A stretch of 64,000 bases of DNA from a bacterium (GTDB taxonomy: Bacteria; Hinthialibacterota; Hinthialibacteria; Hinthialibacterales; Hinthialibacteraceae). Within the stretch, counting starts at the first letter, position 1. Every line of letters starts with the position of its first letter. The position numbers and the translations under genes are program-made. Under the pieces are notes generated by a model. That model made no database searches. It saw nothing but the letters and a program-made list of their open reading frames with translations, and was not told the DNA's origin. Shown piece by piece: positions 43,264 to 52,998 of the stretch. The DNA lies in contig CAXXSM010000132.1 of assembly GCA_963663405.2 (NCBI GenBank), positions 224,001 through 288,000 of the forward strand, written 5' to 3'.

Positions 43264-44736
43264 TTATTTTTTCTTCTCTTCTACAAACACTTTCAAACGC
43301 GCCATTGCGGAAGTTCCATTCTCGGAATCCCGTGTGACGGTGACGATGTATAAACCAGGTTTGCTGTAGTGATGTGAGATTGTCGCGAATTCATTTTGCG
43401 AGCAGGTTTCACCCTTCGTTCCGTCTCCAAAATCCCAACGCTCTTTCCCACCTTGTGTCCGGAATGTCCGCGCTTTGAAGAAGACGACGTCTCCAGGAGC
43501 GATCCCTGTGGTTGGGTAATATGTCGCATGAATCGAAGGTGGAAGTTTTTCAAGTGTGTTCTCTCCCGCGTATGCGTGAACGACAGCAAAGTCAACATCG
43601 ACTTGCCCGCGATCGTCTTTGACCCAAAGGATTTCAGAGTAGACGCCGGGTTTCTCATAGACTTTTGTTGCAACTGGGCCTTGCGCATCTGAACCGTCGC
43701 AAAATGTCCACTTGTAGGAGACGATCTTCCCACCGTCACAGATGGAATTGGATCCGTCCAGCGTCACTTCATCGCCTGTGCTGACAAGGTGATGAGGTCT
43801 CGCTACTGCTAATAGAGCGCCGGGATTTTCACGCAGGTAGGCTTCTACGATGAAAGGATAGCCGTTGATCAATCCCTTTTCATCTCCCGCTGCGCCATTA
43901 ATGTCGAAATGAAGATGCGACCAACCGCCCGACGCGCCTTCTTTCCCTAAAATACCAATCCAATCCCCTTTTTGAACGCGGGTTCCCGGTTTGACATGCG
44001 GCAGAATGGAAGAGAAATGCGAATAACGATAATACCAGCCCCGGCTGTCTTCGATATAAACCACGTCGTATCGTGGAGAGAGATTAGGATACTTCTCCTT
44101 CGTCACTTCCGGCAGTGTCTTGCCCGCCGCGGAGAGCACGTACCCATCCGTCGCCGCAAGGACTGGAACGAGGTGATCGTAGCCGCCGAAATCCAGCCCG
44201 TAATGGTAGTAAATGTCCTTACGGTTTGGATCTTCTCCACCATCAACGAAACAGGGATCATTCGCCATCTGTGTATCCGACGCGAACCAGCGTTGTTTGA
44301 CTGGATAACCGAAACTGCCCGGTTCCAACAAAGGTTGATCCGGATCCCAGAATCGTAGCCTAACATCCGCGCCGGGCTCCAAATCCCAGACCTCCGGGCT
44401 GCTGGAATTGCTTAAATATCCCTTCGTAACCGCCGCGTCCAGTTTGAGTCCATTGACCACCTTCGGCATAGTGTACAACGCCACGGGGATCACTGCTTGC
44501 GTACCGCTGACATCGACGTTTACTTCCGCTTTCCGGATCGCATTGCGGAATGGATCGCGGACATCGTGAATGGAGAGAACAGTGATGATTTTTTTCTCTC
44601 CTGTTTTCAGCGTGTAAGTGAACGATTCTCCAATCGCCAAATCCGCCGTGACCGGTTTCGCCTGTGGCGCCGCTACTATCGCGCATACGAACAACGCAAC
44701 GAAGAAAATGCTTTTGAATCCTGTATTCAATTTCAT
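43264..44736 (-). CDS. Secreted M23 peptidase with two PKD domains
   Basis: HYGLDFG, YRYSH, SHLHF (M23 Zn ligands); SYKWTF.DG and WDFGDG..HYSKPGLY (PKD). Confidence 0.85.
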   Translation of the reverse strand: MKLNTGFKSIFFVALFVCAIVAAPQAKPVTADLAIGESFTYTLKTGEKKIITVLSIHDVRDPFRNAIRKAEVNVDVSGTQAVIPVALYTMPKVVNGLKLDAAVTKGYLSNSSSPEVWDLEPGADVRLRFWDPDQPLLEPGSFGYPVKQRWFASDTQMANDPCFVDGGEDPNRKDIYYHYGLDFGGYDHLVPVLAATDGYVLSAAGKTLPEVTKEKYPNLSPRYDVVYIEDSRGWYYRYSHFSSILPHVKPGTRVQKGDWIGILGKEGASGGWSHLHFDINGAAGDEKGLINGYPFIVEAYLRENPGALLAVARPHHLVSTGDEVTLDGSNSICDGGKIVSYKWTFCDGSDAQGPVATKVYEKPGVYSEILWVKDDRGQVDVDFAVVHAYAGENTLEKLPPSIHATYYPTTGIAPGDVVFFKARTFRTQGGKERWDFGDGTKGETCSQNEFATISHHYSKPGLYIVTVTRDSENGTSAMARLKVFVEEKKK

Positions 44737-44813
44737 GATTAACGATCTCCTTTCGATTGGTTCAAAAATTTTTTGTATTCATATTGAGACGCTCTTTATG
44801 AAACAGGCGTCAT

Positions 44814-46143
44814 TTATTTTTCTTTGGGACGCCGGTCGTCAATCTTGGTTGCCGCTTCGATGATATTGCCTTCCATATGAACCTGCCCGGCTTTTTCCTC
44901 GATAAGAATTCCGGTGGTCTGCGTTCTCTCTCCTTCCGGACGGTTGTCACGGATGATGTTGTTCTTGAAGATGAGACCGTTGGTTTCACCACGGATGCGG
45001 ATCCCCGCTGATTCTTCATTCGTTCCGTTCTCTTCGATAATGTTATTCTCCAACCGGTTGCGGTGACCCGCCATTCCTATAGTTTCGTTACGGAAAAAGA
45101 CGCCGTTGAGGCTGTTCATTCGTACGACATTATTCTGCAGAAGATTGTCGGAATCCTTATGTCCAATCGAGATGCCGAATCGCCCGTTTTCGTTCAGAAC
45201 ATTATTCTCAAACAAGCCATGCCGCACTCGCCAACAGAGGAACAGACCATCATTACCGTTATGAGTGGCGACGCACTTACGAATGATGGGACGCTGCGAG
45301 CCGCTGCCGGGGTGCAATCCGAGAGACGCGTTGTCGCTCGAAACGCATTCGATGACTTGCACATCGTTGGATTGTTGAAAACTGATTCCATCCCCGTTGT
45401 AGTTTTGAACCACGCAGCCTTTGATAATCGTTCCAAATCCACGGTAGAGGAAAAATCCCCGCGCCCCGGCATCCATTGAGCGGGATATTGTTCTCTTTGT
45501 CGCCATCGATAGTAAGATTCTCAACCTGCGCGCCTTCGATATGGTAACCGCTGACGACGGGAAAGACCGTCGCCGCATGCGCTTTCCTGTGAATCATGTA
45601 GTCCGACATCAAAGGATTGCTGATTGAGAACGTATTACCATTGCGCCCTGTGATTCGAGCGACGGTCGTGTGAAATCCGCCCGACTGATCGTCCATAATT
45701 GCGACACCATCGCCAACTTGAAAACCATCAGGATTCTCCAAAGTAATCTGTTCCTCCCCATAATCACCATCAATCGCGAGTGGAGAGGATACACTGGCCG
45801 TTTTCCGCAGTATGGTTTTTCCTTTTTCGCCGGTTACGGTGACGTTCGCGCGCAGATGCAGGGAATCGCGCATCATGTATTCTCCGGCTTGAATCTTCAC
45901 AATACCGCCGCCTAATCCAGCGATGTAGTCCACCGCCGATTGTAGAACGCGGTGATCGGTTCCAATCAGATCCGCGTCCGATGGGCCGACAGTAATAGAT
46001 GGCCGTTCTTTCATCTCCGAATGCATGGCCCGAGGGAGTTGCTGTTCTTCCGGTTTCGGCGAGAAATCAACCGTTTCAGACGCTTGTGATACGAAAACGG
46101 TTAGAAGAAGAATCGAACAGATTGGGAGTAGAGTTTTTTTCAT
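44814..46143 (-). CDS. Secreted right-handed parallel beta-helix protein (frameshift near 45455)
   Basis: Signal peptide; LQSAVD...GGG.V.I.AGEY; repeated N..DGI turns; two ORFs join at GIF/LYRG in an A5/T5 run. Confidence 0.82.
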
Positions 46144-46325
46144 AAGTGGTATACCTCCTCCTGCGTTTTGCTATCTATCTTATAGGAGAACAAATCGAAT
46201 TGATATATCACGAGCCGCTGAAAAGAAATAAAAATTCATTGAATGGAGCGTGGGTATAATTTGAGCTTTTCAATCTATATTTTGTTTTCAATGGGCTTGT
46301 TTCTGGTAATGAGAAACGAAGATTA

Positions 46326-46500
46326 GGATCGCCCAGAGTATATATCAATCAGCTGGGTAGCAAAGTGAAGGCTTTTTTCTTCCCTTGCATAATTGCCGGA
46401 TCGTAGGCCAGGACAGAAAAAAGCCTTGCCCTGGGCACCCGCAGAATGAAGTAAAGGCTCCGGCGAAAGCGCCGGTACTTGCCCTGGGCGCCCGCGATCC
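46326..46500. repeat. Structured intergenic element with nested inverted and direct repeats
   Basis: GGATCGC/GCGATCC ends; AAGGCTTTTTTCT/AGAAAAAAGCCTT; CTTGCCCTGGGC(A/G)CCCGC twice; CCGGCG..CGCCGG hairpin. Confidence 0.55.
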
Positions 46501-46564
46501 GCCCGTAGAAAACAAAATAATCATTCTATAAACAAAGCGATTCTATCTTTCTGCCAATGACATC

Positions 46565-46615
46565 AATCCTCATCCTGAATATCCTGCTTATCCTGTCTAT
46601 CCGGATTCAGACAAA
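46565..46615 (+). repeat. ATCCTG-periodic dispersed repeat, copy 1
   Basis: AATCCTCATCCTGAATATCCTGCTTATCCTGTCTATCCGGATTCAGACAAA; related to 49215-49263. Confidence 0.65.
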
Positions 46616-46716
46616 AACTAAATCCTACATACAATCAAGTCATCACAAAATTATCGATAGAATTGTTATCTCATTCAAAAATAATGCTATGATAATGGGA
46701 AAAAGGGGTTGATGAA

Positions 46717-46962
46717 ATGGCGAAGGTAACGATTTCACTACCGGATTCAATGAGCGAATATATTTCAGATCGCATTAGATCCGGCCCTTATGAAAGTAAA
46801 AGTGAATATTTCCGTGATCTAGTGCGCCGGGATCAAGAGCATTTTGAATCATTGCGGCGCGAGCTGATTAAGGGTGAGCAAAGCGCGGAAAGTTCCCTCT
46901 CTCCCGAAGACATATTGAACCGGGCGCGGGCGCGCGCTAAATTCATAAGTGATCTGACATAA
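46717..46962 (+). CDS. ParD-like ribbon-helix-helix antitoxin (CC2985 family)
   Basis: TISLPDSMSEYI...SG.YESKSEYFRDLVRRDQE...LRRELIKGEQS. Confidence 0.85.
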   Translation: MAKVTISLPDSMSEYISDRIRSGPYESKSEYFRDLVRRDQEHFESLRRELIKGEQSAESSLSPEDILNRARARAKFISDLT

Positions 46963-46989
46963 AGAAACAATTGAACTGGAGGGAATGGT

Positions 46990-48033
46990 ATGAATTGCGA
47001 TGTCTGGAATTGGAAGCGTATTCATTATGTTACTGCTCTAATTTTTGCATCCACGATTATCTTAATCTTTTCTTCGAACGCATCAGCGTTTGAATATCAA
47101 CGCGAAGCGATGGAAACATTCGCCGCGTTGTTGAAAATACCTGTTGAAGCGCCATCCGTTGATGTCACTGTCCAAAGCCGTACAGAAGAAGAAGGCTTGA
47201 TTATAGAAGATATCCGCTGGCCGTCGTGGAAGGGGGAACAGCCGATCGCTTTTGTGATCCGTCCGGCGCAGGCGAAAGAACCGCTTCCCGCGATTGTCTG
47301 CCTTCATGGAACAGGCGGCAGCCGCGAAGCGATGTGTACGCGCGAATTCGGCCGGGGAACCTGGACGCGCTATGGATACTCGGAATCCCATCAACGCCTG
47401 AAAGGCTGGGCCAGGGAACTCGCCCGCAGGGGCTATCTCGTTCTCGCCATGACCCAGCGGGGCTTGGATTGCCGCACACCAAACACGAACGATCAAGCCA
47501 AAGATTTACTCGCGCGTGGGAAGACGCTCATGGGAGCGATCGTCTATGAAATCCGCCAGGCCGTTACGCATTTATGCGAGCGGCCCGATACCGATCCCAA
47601 CCGGATTGGCATGACGGGTATGTCGTTCGGCGGGATCACGACGTTTTATACTTGGCTGGTTGATGAAAGAATCGGCGCGGCTGCCCCGCTTTGTGGAGGC
47701 GTTGGATCTGTGGATGTGTTTCTCAAGATTGGGGCGCGGGGATATCATGGCTTCTATTGGTGGATCCCTGATATGCTAACCAAAGGCGATCAGGGAGATT
47801 TCGCCGCCGCAATGGCTCCACGGCCTTTGATGCTCTGGGCTCCATTGGAAGATATCGGCATGCCCAAGGAAGGTGTTGACCGCTTTTTGGATGTGGTTCG
47901 TCCCGCGTATGAAAGCGCCGGGCGCCCGGACGCGCTCGTAATCCACCGGAATCCAGGAGAACACAGTTTTTCTATGGAAGCGTTTGAAGCGATGGTGGAT
48001 TTCTTTGACGATCAGTTCCGAGTTTCCAGGTAA
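46990..48033 (+). CDS. Secreted alpha/beta hydrolase (dienelactone hydrolase/acetylxylan esterase-like)
   Basis: CLHGTGG, RIGMTGMSFGG nucleophile elbow, APRPL, PGEHSF. Confidence 0.85.
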   Translation: MNCDVWNWKRIHYVTALIFASTIILIFSSNASAFEYQREAMETFAALLKIPVEAPSVDVTVQSRTEEEGLIIEDIRWPSWKGEQPIAFVIRPAQAKEPLPAIVCLHGTGGSREAMCTREFGRGTWTRYGYSESHQRLKGWARELARRGYLVLAMTQRGLDCRTPNTNDQAKDLLARGKTLMGAIVYEIRQAVTHLCERPDTDPNRIGMTGMSFGGITTFYTWLVDERIGAAAPLCGGVGSVDVFLKIGARGYHGFYWWIPDMLTKGDQGDFAAAMAPRPLMLWAPLEDIGMPKEGVDRFLDVVRPAYESAGRPDALVIHRNPGEHSFSMEAFEAMVDFFDDQFRVSR

Positions 48034-49088
48034 GGTTGGATTGTTCCTCCACCAAGAATCTCATCCCCTTTCGATACAACCAGCGCCTGTCCTGGCGCCA
48101 CGCCGTACTGTGGTTCGTTGAATTCCAGCGTGAATCCTCCTTCTTGGATACGGGTAATGATTCCAAGAGCGGGGACATGGCGGGAGCGAATTTGGCCGAG
48201 AACTTCATCGCCGGTTTGTGGTTCATGAATCCAGCGTGAATCGAAAGTATTCACGATTCGTTTTCCTAATTCCTCCCATTTACCTACAATAACGGTGTTC
48301 CTTTTCGGGTCGATCGCGCAGACATAGAACGGCCCTCCCGAAAGGCCCAAACCCCGCCGTTGTCCAACCGTATAGTGAATTACGCCCCTATGCGTTCCCA
48401 AAACAGTTCCTTTTTGATCCAGGATAGGGCCTTCTTGGGAGGGGATACGCTCCGCGAGAAATTCAGTATACGGGCGGCCTAGCGTGAAACAGATATCCTG
48501 ACTCTCCGGTTTATCCGCCGTGACGAGACCTAGATGCGAAGCGATGGCCCGGACCTCTTCCTTCTTTTTATCTCCCAGCGGAAAGAGGATTTTTTGCAGT
48601 AAGTGTTTAGGGATACCGTAGAGAAAGTAACTCTGATCTTTCTCCCGATAATTCGCCCGGTAGAGCCGGGGCGCGCCGGTTTCATCCTGTTCAATTCGCG
48701 CGTAATGGCCTGTGGCGGCGAATTGGTAATCCCATTCCAGCGCCAGCCCGAAGGCTTCCTCAAAACGAACGAAACTGTTGCAATGCACGCATGGATTCGG
48801 AGTCAATCCATTTTCATAACTGCGGATGAAAGGAACGATGACGTTCTCATGGAAATTCTTCGCCGTGTCAATCGAACAGTGAGGAATCCCCAGCGTTTCC
48901 GCCGCATGTTTGGCGTCGCGGATATCTTTTTGGGAACAACACCCGCCTTCCTCCCCGCTGGGATCGACGGAACGGAGCTGCATCATCGTAACGCCGACAA
49001 CATCGTATCCCTGCTCCAGCAAGAGCGCTCCCGCCACGCTGCTATCCACTCCCCCGCTCATCAATAACAGTACCGTTCCTTTAGACAT
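48012..49088 (-). CDS. mnmA: tRNA 2-thiouridine(34) synthase
   Basis: MSGGVDSSV, TPNPCVHCN, ATGHYA, KDQSYFL, ESQDICF, YTVGQRRGLG, APGQ. Confidence 0.97.
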   Translation of the reverse strand: MSKGTVLLLMSGGVDSSVAGALLLEQGYDVVGVTMMQLRSVDPSGEEGGCCSQKDIRDAKHAAETLGIPHCSIDTAKNFHENVIVPFIRSYENGLTPNPCVHCNSFVRFEEAFGLALEWDYQFAATGHYARIEQDETGAPRLYRANYREKDQSYFLYGIPKHLLQKILFPLGDKKKEEVRAIASHLGLVTADKPESQDICFTLGRPYTEFLAERIPSQEGPILDQKGTVLGTHRGVIHYTVGQRRGLGLSGGPFYVCAIDPKRNTVIVGKWEELGKRIVNTFDSRWIHEPQTGDEVLGQIRSRHVPALGIITRIQEGGFTLEFNEPQYGVAPGQALVVSKGDEILGGGTIQPYLETRN

Positions 49089-49140
49089 GGTGTATCCTTA
49101 TCTCTTATTATCGAAATTATTATACCGGCATTGTGGATGA

Positions 49141-49163
49141 ATGGACCGCGGGCGTCCCGCCCG
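49141..49163 (+). repeat. REP-like palindrome, copy 1
   Basis: ATGGACCGCGGGCG-TCC-CGCCCG; related to 61426-61447. Confidence 0.6.
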
Positions 49164-49214
49164 TGGAAAGAAGGCTGTCTTTTCGTTTTCCGGGTGTAAT
49201 GATAGAGCCTAATG

Positions 49215-49263
49215 AATCTTATCCTGAAAATCCTTTTATCCTGGCAATCTTGATTCAGACAAA
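49215..49263 (+). repeat. ATCCTG-periodic dispersed repeat, copy 2
   Basis: AATCTTATCCTGAAAATCCTTTTATCCTGGCAATCTTGATTCAGACAAA. Confidence 0.65.
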
Positions 49264-49279
49264 GAGTGAGACCGCGTAT

Positions 49280-50359
49280 ATGAATTGGATGTCCCTCGCC
49301 GATCAAAATAAAAAAGAACTCCGCCGGATTCTATTAGACTGGTTCCGCCGGACCGCCCGCGATCTCCCCTGGCGGCGTACGCGCGATCCCTATTGCATAT
49401 GGCTTTCTGAAATTATGCTCCAGCAAACCCGTGTTGAAGCGGTGATCGCCTTTTACCAGCGATTTCTTGAAACGTTCCCAACGTTAGAATCTCTCGCCGC
49501 CGCGCCGGAAGACCATGTACTCAAACAATGGGAAGGGCTTGGTTATTATTCCCGCGCGCGGAATCTGCGGCGGACCGCAAAGATTTTAGTTGAAGAATAT
49601 GGCGGGAATATCCCGCGGACGCTTGAAGAATGGCGCCGCTTGCCTGGCGTGGGACGGTATACGGCGGGGGCGGTTGTGAGTATCGCCTTTGGAGTTCCCG
49701 CGCCGGTTGTGGATGGAAACGTCAAACGGGTATTCGCCCGTCTCTTCTGCGTCGAAGATTGTGTCAATGACGCAAAGACGGTTGACGCGTTTTGGGAGGC
49801 GGCGGAACGGTTGCTTTCCAGACGGGCGCCGGGGAATTTCAATCAATCATTGATGGAACTTGGCGCCCGAATCTGCATTCCTAAAAAGCCCCGGTGTGGG
49901 GAGTGTCCCGTTCAGACATATTGTGAGGCGTATAAGAATAATATGGCCGAATCACTCCCTATTAAACGTTTGAAAAAGACGCCTCCCCACGCCGAAGTTG
50001 TAGCAGCGGCGATTCGTAAAAATGGACGGTATCTGCTGGGGAAACGTCCACATGGAGGGATGCTAGGCGGCTTGTGGGAATTCCCCGGCGGCAAAGTGGA
50101 AAAGGGAGAGACGCATGAAGAAGCGTTGCGCCGCGAAATCATGGAAGAACTAGGGATTGAAGTAGAGATTACGGAATTGCTAACTTCCGTCGATCACGTC
50201 TACTCGCATCTCACCGTGACCATACATCTTTATTCATGCCGGCAGCTAGGCGGTAAACCGAAGCCGTTATATCACAGCGAACTCAAATGGGTGTCCCGCG
50301 CGCGATTCGAGGAATTCGCGTTCCCCGCCGCTAATATTAAGTTCTTTCCATTTCTGTAA
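49280..50359 (+). CDS. mutY: A/G-specific adenine glycosylase with C-terminal MutT-type Nudix domain
   Basis: RDLPWR, WLSEIMLQQT, WEGLGYYSRARNL, LPGVGRYTA, VDGNVKRV, C-x6-C-x2-C-x5-C. Confidence 0.96.
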   Translation: MNWMSLADQNKKELRRILLDWFRRTARDLPWRRTRDPYCIWLSEIMLQQTRVEAVIAFYQRFLETFPTLESLAAAPEDHVLKQWEGLGYYSRARNLRRTAKILVEEYGGNIPRTLEEWRRLPGVGRYTAGAVVSIAFGVPAPVVDGNVKRVFARLFCVEDCVNDAKTVDAFWEAAERLLSRRAPGNFNQSLMELGARICIPKKPRCGECPVQTYCEAYKNNMAESLPIKRLKKTPPHAEVVAAAIRKNGRYLLGKRPHGGMLGGLWEFPGGKVEKGETHEEALRREIMEELGIEVEITELLTSVDHVYSHLTVTIHLYSCRQLGGKPKPLYHSELKWVSRARFEEFAFPAANIKFFPFL

Positions 50360-50369
50360 AACGGCGTTT

Positions 50370-50927
50370 CTATTTTGGGAACAGTTTCAAGGGATCGGAG
50401 AAAGCGTCTTCGTTGTCTTGAATACTAAGAATCATTCGTTGCAGCTCTTTCGTAGGTGCGGTTAAAACAATCCGCTCGTCTCCGAACTCCATTGAATCGA
50501 TACGAATTTTTCTATCCTCAATCGCTTCCTGGAGCCATTCGAGTGAGAGGAATTCGATTTCGATGCGGCTCCCTTTGATTAACACGCGCGCGAAGGAATG
50601 AGCGGGGATGAGATGGAGCGAATAAAACTCATTCAATTCAGCGGATTCCTGCGGATAGAAATCGAGGAATGTCTCATCTTCCAACCGCACGAGACAGACG
50701 TCAAACATCGAGACCATCTCATCTTCCGTGTATGTCAATTCATAGAAATCCTCCGATCCCCGTTCAAACCGCCAAGTTGATTTCTCATCCTCATCAGTCC
50801 AGGTACCGAGTAATTTTTGGTCGAATTCGATATCCTTGTCCGTATAGAGCGGATAGATCGATGGCACGATGCATCCGGTTATAAAAGGAAGAATGATGAG
50901 AATGAACAAGAATCGTTTAGTTTTCAC
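50370..50927 (-). CDS. Hypothetical lipoprotein
   Basis: Lipobox ITG-C (CIVPSIYPLY), LLGTW. Confidence 0.75.
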   Translation of the reverse strand: MKTKRFLFILIILPFITGCIVPSIYPLYTDKDIEFDQKLLGTWTDEDEKSTWRFERGSEDFYELTYTEDEMVSMFDVCLVRLEDETFLDFYPQESAELNEFYSLHLIPAHSFARVLIKGSRIEIEFLSLEWLQEAIEDRKIRIDSMEFGDERIVLTAPTKELQRMILSIQDNEDAFSDPLKLFPK

Positions 50928-50941
50928 GGCCGCCTTCTCCT

Positions 50942-52591
50942 TTATCCACGAACGTATACCTGATAGGTGTAGATCAATTTAATCTGATTGTCTTTACCCG
51001 GTTTTACGTCGACTGTCCAGACGAGCTGGCTTGTTGGATTGACCATCCGAAGTCCGGACGCCAGTTTCACGATTTCAGGATCGCCGGTGGTTTCTTGGAT
51101 TTCGCCGATCAGCGTTTTCGTGATTTCAACGGTCACGTCTTCGGTTTTATAATTCGTTAATTCCAATTCTCCCTTGATCGTAACAAGATCGTAATTGGAA
51201 TGATAGAACTGTGCGGCGTTCCTTCTGCGTTCGGTTTCGTATTCGTTTTGTTCCCCTTTGATGGAGATGGCATGGGTGATTTTCAGTTCGGACGACGCGT
51301 TTGGGGGGGTGTATTTGATCGTATCCTGTCCGAGAATGTGTCCGTCTTTAACGGTCATGGCGGGCGCCGTGGTCCAGGGCTGACCGGTTGTATTTGTCAG
51401 GCGCAGTGAATGCCAGACAACTTGTGGCGCCTGCGGCTGGTTCTGCTGATAGCTGTTGTTTGGATCGATGTAATTGGGAATTTCCCATGTATAAAGATGT
51501 TCGTAGGGAATCTCTCCCGCGAAGAGCGGGTAATAACCACGTTCTCCCTTTTTAAGCGTTACATTATCCACCGGATAAAAATAGAGATCCTCCGCGCTCT
51601 CTCCCATCACCGGTTCGACCGGCATGGAGGGTGTGAACGCTTCGGCGGTGTTTGAGATCATCATTTGTTGGCTGATTTGGCTGCCTACGTTGAAACGCTC
51701 ATTTCTCCGGCCAAATGATCGGATTCGCTCAAGGATTTGTTGAACCGGTTGCAGGGAAAAAGCGCTGTTTACTGAATCGAATTGAATATGGGGGAAACCA
51801 GCGATCAATTCTACACGGGTGTCTTGCAATGGAATTAAATCGTTGACAATGACTGATTTGGATGAAAACAGGGCTTTCTCTTTCTTCGATATATCAACTA
51901 CATAGCTCGGCGCCCAAGCGGATCCTTGACCCAAAAACGTCAACGTGATGATAGGTTTTTTTGAAGAGGCGCCAGTGGAGGAGGCGGTAAATTCGACGAC
52001 GTTTTCCACTTTCGGCCGTTCAATGAAATAATTCGTCTCTTCCGATGGGAACCGCACTTGTTGTATCCAATTTATTGGGATGCCTTGGACGCCCATTGTA
52101 TCTTTTATGAGGATCAACTCACCTCGCTCCGGGGGATTGGGGACGGGGATGACATTCTCCGGGTGAAGTGGAATTATCGTTCCGTCATGACGGCTGGGGA
52201 TATCCACGATCTTGACCCGGTTCCATTGATCGCGGAATTTTACGTCTAAGGTTTCACCGATATTCGCTTCGAGCAGCTCCCCGATGTTTGCGGCTTTTAC
52301 TTTTTCCAACGTCTGAACCTGCGTGGCTTTGATATTGGTTAGTGTGATAGTCTCTGGCCAGCTGATCCAGAAACTGCCAAGCAGCGCGTCCGGCAAGGGC
52401 CGCAGGCGATACGTCCCTGAATCTTCCGGCAGTTCCGCTTGCAGAACCGCCAGCGCCACACCGTTCTTGAATGTGGAAACGCTGACCGCTTTCGCTTGAA
52501 TCGTATGGACCTCTTCCTCCGCGAAAAGCGCAGTGGGAAAGAGAAGCGTAGTTAATCCGAGCGTCAGGGCGATGGATTGTTTGCGTAACAT
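50942..52591 (-). CDS. DUF4139/DUF4140-like secreted protein, paralog 1
   Basis: Signal peptide; VSVSTFKNG, WAPSY.VD, EDLYFY, LRLTNTTGQPWTTAP, LGQDTI.YTP. Confidence 0.72.
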   Translation of the reverse strand: MLRKQSIALTLGLTTLLFPTALFAEEEVHTIQAKAVSVSTFKNGVALAVLQAELPEDSGTYRLRPLPDALLGSFWISWPETITLTNIKATQVQTLEKVKAANIGELLEANIGETLDVKFRDQWNRVKIVDIPSRHDGTIIPLHPENVIPVPNPPERGELILIKDTMGVQGIPINWIQQVRFPSEETNYFIERPKVENVVEFTASSTGASSKKPIITLTFLGQGSAWAPSYVVDISKKEKALFSSKSVIVNDLIPLQDTRVELIAGFPHIQFDSVNSAFSLQPVQQILERIRSFGRRNERFNVGSQISQQMMISNTAEAFTPSMPVEPVMGESAEDLYFYPVDNVTLKKGERGYYPLFAGEIPYEHLYTWEIPNYIDPNNSYQQNQPQAPQVVWHSLRLTNTTGQPWTTAPAMTVKDGHILGQDTIKYTPPNASSELKITHAISIKGEQNEYETERRRNAAQFYHSNYDLVTIKGELELTNYKTEDVTVEITKTLIGEIQETTGDPEIVKLASGLRMVNPTSQLVWTVDVKPGKDNQIKLIYTYQVYVRG

Positions 52592-52735
52592 TAATTTGTC
52601 TCCTTGATTGCTTTGTTTAATGTGGATTGTACGCCTTGAATCTAGGTCTATTCAGATTAAACGGAGCAACGCCGGGGAAGTTAGAGATTTCTGATATTTT
52701 TTTATTTTTGGAAAGATGGACGCTTATTTTGACAT

Positions 52736-52963
52736 TTAATGGCTTAAACTGGCATGAGCCACCGTTATTTCGCAATCAGGAGGAAGAGATTTACCTTCCT
52801 CCTGGTATTCCTCTTGTATCATATCGAACACATTGTGGAGTTCGCTTTGAGCTTCACTTGGATTATTTCCAAGCGCGTGACAGCCGGGAATTGCGGGTAA
52901 ATGAGCTACATATGTGCCGTTATCATCCGGACGAATAACAAGAGTATAATCTTCAAACCGCAT
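52736..52963 (-). CDS. hicB: HicB-like antitoxin
   Basis: YTLVIRPDDNGTYVAHLPAIPGCHALG...EA; AGGAGG RBS. Confidence 0.85.
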   Translation of the reverse strand: MRFEDYTLVIRPDDNGTYVAHLPAIPGCHALGNNPSEAQSELHNVFDMIQEEYQEEGKSLPPDCEITVAHASLSH

Positions 52964-52998
52964 GATTTTCCTCCTGTTTTTCTTCACATTATATATCA

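Noticed and set aside
46380-46510. c-di-GMP-I riboswitch or hammerhead ribozyme
   Set aside because: GGGCAA and the GAAA loop lie on opposite strands; no GCAAAGCC or CUGAUGA core
49133-49279. N-terminal extension of MutY in the ORF track
   Set aside because: It is translation of the REP and ATCCTG repeats; ATG 49280 fits MutY length better
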